A stretch of 64,000 nt of DNA from Camelus dromedarius (lineage: Eukaryota): assembly GCF_036321535.1 (NCBI RefSeq), contig NC_087436.1:118980001-119044000 (forward strand), in the 5' to 3' direction. Positions within the stretch are counted from its first letter, which is position 1. Each line of letters begins with the position of its first letter. The position numbers and the translations under genes are program-made. The notes below the pieces were generated by a model. The model was not told where the DNA came from and made no database searches. It saw nothing but the letters and a program-made list of their open reading frames with translations. This document shows positions 48,837-60,660 of the stretch, one piece after another.

Positions 48837-49317
48837 CTTTAAATACAAAACAGAGTGAACAAGACATGTGATTAACACCAGCCCAGAGAACCGAGCACCC
48901 ACTCGCGTCCACTGGATGAGGGGGCCTCAATCCACAGCTGACCCAACCCACATCCTGTTCCTGGACACGCAGGTTCTTTCTAATCTCACTCCTTCTGCCA
49001 AGTGATGCAGCGAACGTCCCTGCAAATGGAGCATTTGTCCTCATGTCTGTCTCCTCACAGTTGATCCCAAAGGTAGAACTGCCGGGTCAAAGGATATGAC
49101 CCTTTCACGGGCAGTTATCAGCCTGTCACCGGAGTTCCACGAAGACTGTCCTAATGAAGCAGCCTGCTTGCTCAGGCCTTCGCTGGCAGACAAAAGAAGG
49201 CAACCCATTTCCTATTTCTGAGACGCATCCCCGTCCATCCAGAACTCAGCTAGCTCTCCAGGGGCCTCACTTCTCTGGAATCCCACTGAGAACATCAAAA
49301 GAGTAATCTTTAGTGGC

Positions 49318-49771
49318 TGCAATGGTTAATTTGGGGTGTCAACCTGGCTAAGCCACACTCCCCAGACATTTGGTCAAACATGTGTGGATGTTACCCAGCA
49401 GCTATTTTTTTAGATGAGATTAACATTTAAATCCAGAGAGTAAAGCAGATTATCTTCCAGAATGTGGGTGGGCCTCCTCCAATCAGTTGAGGGTTTTAGG
49501 GAAAAAAGACTGAGGTCCCCAAGGAAGAGGGAGCTTGGCCAGCGGACATTTCAGACTCGACTGCCGCATCAGCTCTTCCCTGGGTCTCCAGCCCGCCCTG
49601 CAGGTTGTGGACTTGCCAGGCCCTGCAGCCACGTGGCCCAACGCCTTAAAATAAACCTCTGTCTCTATACATCTCTGTCTACGTTTACAGCCATCTCTCT
49701 GTCCACACACACACACACACACACACACGTATCCTATGAGCTCTTTTTCTCCAGAGAACCCTGACTAGTAC
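49318..49771 (+). mobile_element. ERVL solo LTR (MLT2-like) with internal (CA)n
   Basis: atggttaattt..gtgtcaacctgg..gatgagattaacattt..tgggtgggcctc..ccaatcagttga..gagaaccctgactagtaca hallmarks. Confidence 0.85.
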
Positions 49772-51324
49772 AGCAGCCAAAACAAACACTGCCACCTTCG
49801 TGAGAAGGAAGGGGAGAAAATGACATCAATTAAACACTTGGTAGGTGCCCAGGGACAGGCCACCAGGAGAGGGTGGCACTGGGATTCAGAGCCGAGGGCA
49901 GGAAGCTTTGTGGGTGGGGGTGTTAGAGAATTCCCAAGGCGGCCTTTCCTCCAAAGAGGCAGCACAAACGACGCTCTCTATGGGGTGACTGGAGAGGAAA
50001 GCAGTGCGTGACAGGCTCAGGTGCCCGCCCTGCTCTAAGCCGTCTCCTTCACCCTCTCAGTAACCCCACCAGGCAGCCCAGATGGCACAGTTCACAAGAG
50101 GAAGTGGCAGGGCCAGGGTGTGAACGCAGTCAGAGCTTCTGCCCTCAGGGGCCTGTCCTTGGGGCGGGGGCGTCACCTCTCACTGTCTGTGTTCCAGCAC
50201 AGGGAAGGGCCCCTCTGGCTCCAAGACAGGGGCTTCCTGAGCCTAACCCTGTGCCAGGCATCCCTAAGGGGACACAGATCCTGTCCTTGGCACAGAAGCA
50301 CCCAACCTGAATGGCAGGAGCCCCTGAGGGCAAGCCTGGGGTCAAGAGGGGTGGGAATGCACAAGGGAGGGACACCTGGCTTGGCTGACAGATCAGTGAA
50401 GCCTCAGTGGGAGGTGATACCCAGTGGAGGCTTAAGGGAGGAGGTGGGGGTTGGCCAGGTGGGAGTGGAGAAGGCTGGCCTTTGGGCACAGAGGTGGGCT
50501 AGTGGGATTGAGTGTGATCAGTTTCAGGGTTGTGGTAAAGGCCGCCTTAAGGGAGGGCAAGTGGCATCATCTCCTAAGGCTCAGTCACCCTGGAGCAGTG
50601 TTGGCTGGTCACGGGGTATTGAGTGGGCACCACCTCCCTCCACCCTCATCGTAACCCCAGAGGGAGCACAGGTGAGGGAACTGAGGCTCAGAGAAGCAAG
50701 GCCATTCCCCAAGGTCCCCGGGCTGGGACAGAATTCAGGCCTGTCTTCTTCCCACCCCAGGCACCTTTGATGATGGGGTGAGAGATGGAGGATTAGTGGG
50801 GAGATGTGAACGTGGGAAGCTGGGCCTCTGGTCCCAGGCGCACTGCTGGTGGAGGCAAGATGGCCCAGGAGCCTTGCCCTCCAAGTGGACCACAGTGAAG
50901 CGCCGTCTGGCTGGGAGCCTCCTCAGGGGCCTGGCGGGGGTGTGTGCCCTCCCCTAGAGGCAGGTGGAGAGTAGCCAGGCAGGCTCCTGAACCAGTGCGC
51001 CTCCTGCACCATCCAGCGAGACCCTCCACGCTGGGGTGGTCTCGGGGGTGCGGACGGAGAGGTCAGTGTGCACCAGGTGCTCACTGCGTTCCCTGACCTG
51101 GCCTCCTTCGTCCACCCCCAAAGAAAAGGATTCACAGAGATGTTCAAGGAGCTGCTATTTACAGCAGTGGGAAAAAGCCTGTGTCCATCCACAGGAAAAG
51201 GCTGGGCGAGCACATTCACTGCATGGAACTGACATGCTGCTCAAAATATTATCGTTCAAAAGACCTAGAAAATGTTCACCACATGAGTGAGGTGAGAAAT
51301 AGCATTTGATAACAAATTGCTATA

Positions 51325-51550
51325 ACACACAAATGTGCACACGCTCATGCGCACACACGTACACGGACGTGTACAATGCACACACGCATGTGCATGCACA
51401 TGAACACATGCACACACGGGCGTAAAATGCACACACGTGCATACAGTGCACACACACAACATGCTCATGTGCACACACATACAACACATGCGCGCGCACA
51501 CATGCTCATGTGCACGCACACACACATGCGCACACGGGCACGCACGCACA
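51325..51550. repeat. Degenerate CA/TG-rich alternating purine-pyrimidine tract just downstream of exon 3
   Basis: Directly visible (cacacatgcac variants). Confidence 0.9.
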
Positions 51551-51574
51551 CCCTCAGACCGCCCGCCGCCTCAC

Positions 51575-51740
51575 CGTTGGTGGACAGCAGGGAGTGGGCG
51601 GCATTCTGCTGCGGGAGCCACTTGATCTTGTTGATTTTCTCCTCTATCTCCAGGCTCTTGAGATAGTCGAACTCTGGCTCGTGGCTCTGGAAAGTGCTGT
51701 AGACGTCATACTCGCCCTGGCTGTGCGGCGCATTCTTACT
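51575..51740 (-). CDS. PPP2R2C: PPP2R2C coding exon 3 (166 nt; [55 protein letters not shown](D))
   Basis: Manual translation; contains the B55 signature [17 protein letters not shown]. Acceptor ttccctgcag|AGT, donor AACG|gtgagg. The correct frame is absent from the ORF track. Confidence 0.97.
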
Positions 51741-53080
51741 CTGCAGGGAAACCAGACCAGCGGCCTGAGCTCCAGGACCGCGGGGCGGGGCGGGGCGGGA
51801 CCCGACTGGTTAAACCTCACAGGGCCCGACACAGCCATGGCGATTGGGCATCCAGTCAAGCGTCCAAAGGAACTCTCTGCTTTTTAACTGGCTAATACCT
51901 TGCTGTGCAGCCATGGCCCAGCCCCGTCACCTCCTTGTAAGAGTCTAATAAGGAGGAACAAGGGCAACTCTGCCAGCTCCCATTTACTGAGCACCTACTG
52001 TGTGCAGGACACCGAGCCAAGTGCTTCTCACGCCTCCTCTTGTTCCATCCTTGACGCCCCTCTGTGATGGGGAGCATGACTCCCCCCATTTTACAGATGA
52101 ACAAGTGGAGGCTCAGAGATGAATCGACCCCCAAGACCACAAGTCCACTAAATGTTGCCACTCACTCCACTGAGGTCTGTCTGGCACTGAGTCCGAGGCT
52201 CTGACCTCCTTGCACTTCCTTGGGTCCAACTCAGGCCTGACTCGAGGAATGAATGCATTTGGAGCAGATTTAACGTTGGGGCAGAACACCCTGCCACGTC
52301 AGATAGACTGGAATAGAATATTGCCCCCCCCCCGACTTTCCTCAGTGGGTTCCATCCCGGTTTAGGCAGTTGAGTTTGTTGTGATAAGAACCTCCTGGTG
52401 GAGCCCTCAAAATAGTGAGGAGGTGAGTCCGTCGCGGGCACCAGGGACCACTGCCCAGCAGACAACTCAAGATTATGTGACAACAAGAAACTATGACTAT
52501 GACTGCCTGGAGCAAAACACAGTCGACCAGGCACAATTTCAAGTTCCTGTTAAAATTTCAAAAGTATCTGTTTCTGTATTTCCGTATCTGTTTTACTTTT
52601 GGAAAGCTTTAAAGTTCTTCAATATTTTCCCCTCTAATTCTACCCATAAACACTGGCTGTGGCAAAGGTCCATGGGAAAATTAAGGGTTTAAGGAAAAAA
52701 ATTAAAGGAGAAAAATTCAAAACAGAGAAACTCGCATCCACTGATTTCACTTTTTTTGGTGCATTTTGACTGAAAGAAGACGTGGCTTTGGTAAAACCCG
52801 GTTTTGGACTGTCTGCTTTCAGGCTCTGTGTTCTCAGCAAGCCGTTTTCAAACCCTCTGAGCTCTAGTCTCCTCATATGTAAACTGAGGATGATAACAGC
52901 ATTTATAGCACCACTAGGGTTGTCGTGAGGGGGTTACAGCCGCGAACACAGGAAGTCAGACCTCGGGGGGTGTCAGCTGTGGGGACCACGCTGAGGAACT
53001 GGAGGCGGGGGATGATTCTGCCGCTTCCCCCACCTCCTTCATCCTTCCCTCCTGCCCTCTCTTCACCTTCTCTTCCTCAT

Positions 53081-53138
53081 CCCGTTCCCCCACCCCTCCC
53101 CACCCCTCCCCACCCCTCCCCGCTCCTCCCCACCCCCC
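53081..53138 (-). repeat. (GGGGAGGGGT)n G-rich 10-bp tandem repeat, G-quadruplex potential
   Basis: Plus strand CACCCCTCCC x3 at 53091-53120 plus variants; at least 8 G-runs on the transcribed strand. Confidence 0.85.
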
Positions 53139-53816
53139 ATGTCTTCAGCATCTAACCCCAGCCCATGTCTGAGGCAGGGAGGTGTGCGAGCAGCAGTGCG
53201 CATCCAGCTTTGGTTTCACTCCTTGGTCTCTGCTCACTAGCTGGGAGTATCTGTAAGTGGGATGTGGGTCCGTACCCTCAGCACTGGGCAATGAAGACTG
53301 GGAAAAGCATGTGGAGAGAGCAGTAAGCTGTCTACACATAGTAGGTGCTCAACAAATAGGACCTTTTAATCTCCAGGTTCTTCCAGTGGTTCAGAAACAG
53401 CGCCTCTGGAGCTGTTCCAGGCTGTTCTCATCTTATAGGGAATTCTGCAGGACAACAGACCTGACGGGGGCAAAGCCAGGACCGAGCAAAACCACCCACT
53501 CGGGCCAGAGTGCCCACCCACAGGTGCAGAAGGGCCCATCCCCCCTTTACCCTGCTCTGGCTGGGACAGCCCCGGCTCACCCAGGCAGAGGGCAGTTTAC
53601 TTGGGGTGGGGGGTCTGTTTCTCAGGGGTCTAGGATGCAGTGAGCAATCACCAAACATCCACTCAGCAGAGGGGGCTCAGAACATCTCCCCCAGATGTGC
53701 CCTGCAGGGTCCCACCCCTGCATGCCAGCTCAGGCACCATGTTAGGGTACGGAGCAGCACCCTGCGGGTTAAAACCCAGGTTGAGTGTAGCTGCCTCCCA
53801 CCAGGCCCCGCCGCAC

Positions 53817-53914
53817 CTCCGGTTCCCGCTGGAAGATGACGACCCGGCCACCCTTGTCGCCGGTGGCCAGCAGCTCTCCAGTGTGGTTGAACTCGACGGT
53901 AGAGATGATATCGG
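53817..53914 (-). CDS. PPP2R2C: PPP2R2C coding exon 2 (98 nt; (A)[32 protein letters not shown])
   Basis: Translation matches the B55-gamma N-terminal WD40 segment. Acceptor ccccacag|CC GAT, donor GAG|gtgcgg; phase 1 in, phase 0 out. Confidence 0.97.
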
Positions 53915-56900
53915 CTGTGGGGGACGGAGACAGGAAGGCACGGCTCATTAGGACCCAGTACCATGCAGCTGGACAGAACTGCTCCCGCCTGTCCCCAGGG
54001 CCCCCACACCCCTGGGCTGGGCTGCAGGAGCCCGAGGGGCCGGGAGCACTGTCGAGGGGTCCCACCGCCCGCCCCACCCCCCACCAGCTGGCTGCGGGAC
54101 AGAGACTGTGGGTGGGTCTTTCCTTCCTTCTTCCTTCCCTTCCAGAAGCAGTTTGGGGGCTTCCTCGTGTGCAGATCAGGGGCCTGGGATGCAAATCTGA
54201 CACTCACCCGCCTGACTCTGGTGGCCACAGAGGCCGACTCTACCCCTCCCTGCCCCCCACGGAGTTGCACATGGACAGGACCCTTGGCACCCCTGACCTG
54301 GACTCTGTAGTCACTGAAATCTCTGGTCAGCCTTTAACACAGCGGCTCTCCTTTCAGGTAAACCGCAGACCTGACCACTCCTCTCGGCAGCCCCAGGTGG
54401 ACACTGAGCTGGCCCCTGAGCTGGTGCCCACCCCACACTGTGCTCTCCTTGTAACCGCCAGGCTGATGGTCCGCCTCCCAAGTCACAGGGTGTTTCTGCT
54501 CCAAGTCCCCTCCTTTGCGTTCTTCTCTGTCTCGGGTGATGGAAGTTCCTTCCTCCCACTGGCTCAGGCCTGAGCCTTGGGGCCACCTTAGGGTCTCCCT
54601 CTCACTCTCCACATCCAGCCCTACTGGCCCAGCCTTCCAGATACATCCAGATTCCAATCACTTCTCCCTCCTCTTGCCTGGATGGCTGTGACAGCCTCCT
54701 ATCGCATCTCCCCCATTTCTCCCAGCCTGGACACAAGCTGGTCTAGACAGAGCAGCCAGAAGGAGCCCCCTCGGAGCCCTCCAGGGGTTCCCTGAGGATA
54801 CTCAGAGTGTCAAAGCCTTGAGTGACCTGCATCCCCCCAAAACAGGCCACATCAGGAGCCCAAATCTTCAGTCCTCTCCTGCACCCGCACCTGGCACCCG
54901 GCACTGCTTCCCACCCTGGGCCGGGGACCACGCCCTGTGATTCGCTTTGGCCTGTGGGATGCCAGCAGACAAGCCATGGTCCTGCGCCTCTTCCACTGCC
55001 CAGAGGAGGATCTCCGGGGGCCAGCCTGTGCCCCTATCCCTAGCCCAAGAGGGAGGGAGGGCGGAGGACCGACCAGCTCACTGAGTCCAACCAAGTCCAG
55101 ATCAGCGGGATCGGCAGATGTGTGGTAAGAAATGCTTACGGTTGAATGCCCCATGTTTTAAGTCAGTGGAGGGCTCCGGAGCCCCCGTCTCCCCCCAGTC
55201 CCCGTCTCTCACTTCTCCTGGCCTTGGGCTTCCACTCCCGACTCTGGGCTCCTTGCTGTCACCAAAAATACCAGCTACCACTTGTCTCAAGACCTGTTCC
55301 CTCAGCCTCCAGTGGCTTTCCCACTCCTGTTCCATACAGGCCTTTTCCTTTTCCAATCAAGTTCCTTTCAGACACAGCTCCTGACCTGCAAGGGCCCTCT
55401 GAGCCACAGGTCACTGCCAGCTCAGACAGCGAAAGGAAAAAGGAGGGAGGCAAGGTGGTTCAGAAGCGGGATGACACACGGGACCTACTCACTGATAGGA
55501 TAAAAGCGCGTTTCATTAAACTGCAGAGGACAAGGCAAGGAAAGGCGCTCTTTGGGTCCATGGAGATGCTCCCTGAATGTGGAATCGGGAAGAGCCTCAG
55601 GCCTTGGCTGCCCAACACTGTCCCTCATGGGCAGCCTCCCTGGCCCAAGGACACAGGAGGGCCAGAGCCGGGAGCACAGCCCAGCGGTGCCGCATTCCCG
55701 CATGTGGCACTGGTCCTTCTCCCCATTTCATATCAGCACCCCCTTAGGGGGGAAGAGTAGGATATAAAACTGCGTACAGAATGTTTTTAATTATATAGAC
55801 CAGTGATCACAGCCGTGTTAAATTGCAAATAAACTGGGCAGAGGGAAAGCAAGCTGCAAGAGAATTTTCTACCATGTTAAACAGAGGTGGCTTTAGGGTG
55901 GTTGAAAGAAAATATTTTTTTCCTCCTCTTCCTACATTTTTAGGTTTTCTAGATTTTCTGTAATGAATGTAGGTTTTAATAGCTTTATCGAGGTGTGATG
56001 GATATATGCGAAAATGCACACATATAATGTATGCAGTTTAATGAGTTTGGACATATGCATAATATACATTATTTTTATGACGGAGAAATAACAATGCTTT
56101 TAAATTAAAATGCCAATGTAACCATTGGTACCCAGAGCAAATGTGGTCCGTAAATGCTGGGCAGTTACCACAGTAACGGACACTAACGTCTGCAGGCAAT
56201 TACAATTTCTGTGTCAGTTTTATATCATTGCCTCCTTTGAACCTCACGCCAGCCCCTCAGGGAGATATGGCTATTATTTCTATCGGCAGCTAAGAAGATG
56301 GATGGAAGCCCATCCACAGTGACAGTTCCCAGAGCTGTTCATGGACCAGTCAGAAGTCCTAGGTTGGAGTCTTGGGTCCAACGTCTCGGCGTGTGGCCTT
56401 TGGTTCGTCACACCACTTCTCTGAGACTCAGTTTTGTCATCTGGAGCGTGGCTATAGTAGAGTCTGCCCGGGATTAGAAACTCAAGAGAGACGCTGGGGG
56501 TGAGAGGGCTTGGGAGAGAGGAAGGACCGTGACACTAAGGAGTGATGGATGACCAAAATGTACCAGGCAGAAAGTCAAAGCTCTTCCCCATCTTTGTTTC
56601 TGACCCCCACAGAAATCGCAGTGGCCAGCTCAGAAATGTGCCAGATAAATCTGAGATTCAACCTCACTGTCCAGATTTGGGAGTCCTGACCACCAGCCTC
56701 TCTGGTCCCATTCTGCAAACATTTACAGAGCAACTACCAAACCTGAGGCCAGGACACTGCTTCCTCAGGCTCAGGAAGGGGCTGGTGAATGTGTAACATC
56801 TATTCATCGCTACAGTAAGTGTCTTCTAGGGTTTGCCTTAGGAAAACTGATCTCCCCTAAGAGCTGGAAATTCTCATTGGTAAAACCACGAAATTGGAAA

Positions 56901-57249
56901 GTCCATCCTCTCATTTTGGATGTTTGACACATCCCAGCCCCAATGCCACCTCCCCCAGGGAGCCCTCTTGGAGAGACCTCCTTCTGCCACCCCCCTGCCC
57001 CTGGCTGTACAGTGGTCTCTCCTACAACTATGGTCTCATGCCCACTATGTGCCCCTCACTGGATGGCAGACACTGCTGGGGAGACAGCAGTTGGAAGAAG
57101 AGGCAGCACTGGGTGAGTTTTCCATTTTCATGGCTTCTGGCCTGAGGACAGGTGCCAGTCTGTGCTATGTGGTTGCTGAAACTCAGATAGAAAGTCACAT
57201 TGGTAGGTTCGATAAACCAGAAGAGAGAATCTGGGAAAATCCTAGTAGC

Positions 57250-58358
57250 TGGAAAACGAGGTAGTTAATCCCAGAAATTGAGTCTACAGAAGGGCCCCCA
57301 AAGGCAGCACATAAACTCTACCTGAACCTTCAGCTGGCTACAAACTGCACACACACACAACAGACTCCATGCAGAGGTGCTAAGGCTAAAAGAAGTGAAC
57401 TGGGATCCTGCTGGGATGGAGTTCATAGTTGAGTTCAACCAAGTTAACTGCTTACAAACATAAAACAAAACAAAAACGCTCTTTGGATGGACAATACAAA
57501 ACATCTAGAGCCTCTCACAACATCCAAGATATAATCCAAAATTATATGAAAATATACAAGTCAATAGGAAAACATCACCCATACTTAATACAAAGACAAT
57601 TAAGGAAACAGACCCCAAAGTCTGGATATTGGAATTAGCAAATGAAGACTGTAAAAGTAGCTATTATAACTATGTCCAAGAATATAAAGGAAAATTTGCT
57701 CTTACTTCATGAAAAGAAAGGGAATTTCAACCAAGAAATAGAAACTATAAAAAATAACTAAATGGACAATCTAGAATGGAAAAATACAATATATGAGAAC
57801 CACTGAATTGCTTAACAGAAAATTTGAGATGACAGAAGAGTTAGTGAACTTGAAGGTATAGCAATAGAAATTAGCACACCTGAAGAACAGAAAGAAAAGA
57901 AATTTAAAAAGAAAAAGAACAGATCCTCAGGGATCCCTGGGACAACATCACAAAGTCTAACACACATGTATTTGGAGTTCTAGAAGGAGAGGAGAGAGCA
58001 CAGTAGAAGAAACAATGACTGAATTATGCCCAATAAGGTAAAAGACTTCCATCTGCAAATTTAGGAAGCTCAGCGAAGTCCAAGCAGGACAAATACCAAG
58101 AAAACCACACCTAAACGTCAAACTGCTGGAAGTCAACACAATGATAAAATTTTGTAGGCAGCGAGAACAAAAACCACATATTATATTGAGGCACCGTGAC
58201 TCAAATTTATTTAACTGCAAATTTCTCATCAGAAATAACAAGAGTCCAGAAGGCTTTTTAAAGTGCTGAAGGAAAATTTAAAAACCTGTAAACCCAGACT
58301 TCTGTATCCAGTAGAAATACTCTTCAAGAATGAACGGCAAATAAAGACATTTTGGTGA
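57250..58358 (+). mobile_element. Ancient LINE-1 fragment (degraded ORF1 region)
   Basis: A-rich; motifs gtgaacttgaag, ggagttctagaaggaga, gaagctcagcgaa, aaagtgctgaa and aaataaagacattt match L1 ORF1; many stops. Confidence 0.8.
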
Positions 58359-58844
58359 AAGCTCTCCAGGGACCAGTGATTTCATCTCAGGGGCAACTGT
58401 CCCCCCACTGCAGGGCCTCAGGTGTCACTGGTTGATGCCTCAGGCTCAGGGTCCCAACTCAGCCCCTGGGTGAGGTCCACCAAGCCCGCTGATGACTGGT
58501 GGGCGCTCCAAGTCACCCGGTTGTGGACGAGGGACAATCCCATGAAAGCCCGTGGTGTTCTTCTACTTGTGAGGTCCCCTTTTCTTTCTGCTGCAGCTTT
58601 GGGAGTCCCCCAAATGGCGAGACAGAGTTGGAAGAGGTAACTTGGACCATTGGACAAAGAGGCACCAGTCAACCCCTGGGGACTGGGGACAACACAGCCT
58701 TATCAGTGGAAGCCCAGAGCCGCCGCCTGCTTTGGGAACCCTGGGGTCCAGCACGGGCTCAGGGAGCAGTCAGAGGTGGCGTCCCAACTGACCAGCCCGG
58801 TGACAGGTCTACAGTGAGAGACGGAGCCAGCGATGGGCAGTCAC

Positions 58845-59255
58845 AGACCCTGACTGGGTCCCCCCAAAACATATGTTGATATCCTAACTCCTGGCACGTG
58901 TGACTGTGACCTTACTTGGAAATTGGGTCGCATAAGATGTGGTCATACTGGATTATGTGGGCCCTAAACCAAAGACTGGTATCCTGATGAGAAAGCCATG
59001 TGCAGACACAGGGGCACAGAGACACGCAGGGGGAAGGCCAGGTGACAAGGCAGGCAGAGACTGGAGTGATGCAGCTACAAGCCAAGGAACACCAAAGAGG
59101 CTGGCCGCCACTAGGAGCTGGAAGGGGCCCGCCAGTCTCTTCCCTGGAACCTCCAGCGTGAGCCTTGACTTCAGTCTCTGGCATCCAGAACCACAAGGGA
59201 ATAAGCCTCTGCTGTTTTAAGCTACTGAGTGTGTGCTAGCTTGTCACAGCAGCCC
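58845..59255 (+). mobile_element. MaLR solo LTR (MLT1B-like)
   Basis: gtgactgtgaccttacttggaaat..ggtcatactggatt..gactggagtgatgcagctacaagccaagga hallmarks. Confidence 0.82.
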
Positions 59256-60164
59256 GACCAGCAGGGAGAACAGAGCAGGACAAGAGGCTGGGCAGGCAAC
59301 GCCCTGAGGACACAGGCCGCTCCTGGGGCCCTGTGACGGGGGACCAGCCCTTGAATCTCGAAGATGTCCACTGTCAGGGATGCTTTTTCATCAAGAGGAA
59401 GGTATTCCGGTTCCAGCCCTGGTACATATTAGCTGTGTGACCCCACCCAAATCGCACCTTCTCTGAGCCCGTCTGTCTCACCCATAAAATAGGAGCTTTC
59501 ATGCCTGCCTGGCCGCAGCTCTCCTCGGGTTTATGTGAAATCCAGATTCCATGGGCTGGAAAGCTCCCTGGGAACTCCGGCAGAGGCCTGCCACATCGTG
59601 GAGGAGATCAAGATGCCTGTCGGGGGGACTCCTCCCCTCGCTCGTCCATCACCATCCATCACAGGAAGTACTGTCGACACCGTTAATGATCCAACGGAGT
59701 CAGAGCTCACGACTGAGAGGGGGCCCTGAAAAAGCCCAGCTTGATCCCTCAGATGGGACTGCTGCATTTAATTAGAACTGTCAGAAGCACCAGGGCTGAT
59801 GAGGAGGGAGGCAGAGAGCAAACAGTCCTGTCTGCTGCTGAATGGAAGAGCTTGGGGAGAGGAAGGAGGCTTGGTGTGCCCGGCGTCAGCCTGGGATGGG
59901 ACTCTGGGAACAAGCTTACCCAGCATCTCCTCTGGGCTTGCATGGGAGGAAGGTCCAGGCTGGACCCTGGAGATGAGGAGACGAGAGAGGTCAGGCCTGC
60001 CCTCAAAGGCTGCTCCGGGTCCAGGGAGACGCACGGGAGGTGAAGAGGTGGCAGGGGAGGTGATGCCTTCAGGATGGGGAGGGGCAGTCTCCAAGAGGGC
60101 CTCCTGGAAACAGTGACACAGGGGTGGGGTCCTGAGGAGCAAGGGAGATCGGCAGACTTGTGGT

Positions 60165-60660
60165 GTTGATGCCCTGTCGGTGGCTTCCTGTATCCACATC
60201 CTCTACAACGTGACTTCTCGGCCCCTCCCATCCAGAAATGGAGACCGTTGGCCCATCCTTAACACCGCACGGGCCTGTGACTGTCTTTGGCCAACAGGAT
60301 GCAGAGGAAGTGCTGGCCCAAGCCTAGGCCTCACAGGCCTTCAGCTTTCGCTCTCCCTCAAAGCCCTGCTCCTTCCACGGCGGCCACCCCAGGCTAGGCT
60401 GCTGGACGATGAGAGACCATGCGGGCGTGGACGAGCTAGGCAGCTGAGGCCATCCTAAGCTAGTCCACAGCAAGTCCATCCCGGAACACGGCAGCGAGCC
60501 CAGCAAACACAGCAGACACACCTGCCTGACCCACAGCGACCACACCGGACAGCGAGCACCGCCAATCCGCGAGGAGACGCCCGGCTGACCCACAGACTCG
60601 GGCAAAAGCGTGTGCTCATTGTTTGAAGCCACCGAGCTTTGCCTAGTGCGGTCTGCTGGC
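60165..60660 (+). mobile_element. MaLR LTR (MLT1E/F/G-like)
   Basis: gtgactgtctttggccaacagga..ttgtttgaagccac hallmarks; diverged. Confidence 0.6.

Noticed and set aside
53836..54573. 245-aa plus-strand ORF
   Set aside because: Antisense to exon 2, ends in L2-like sequence, no homology recognised.
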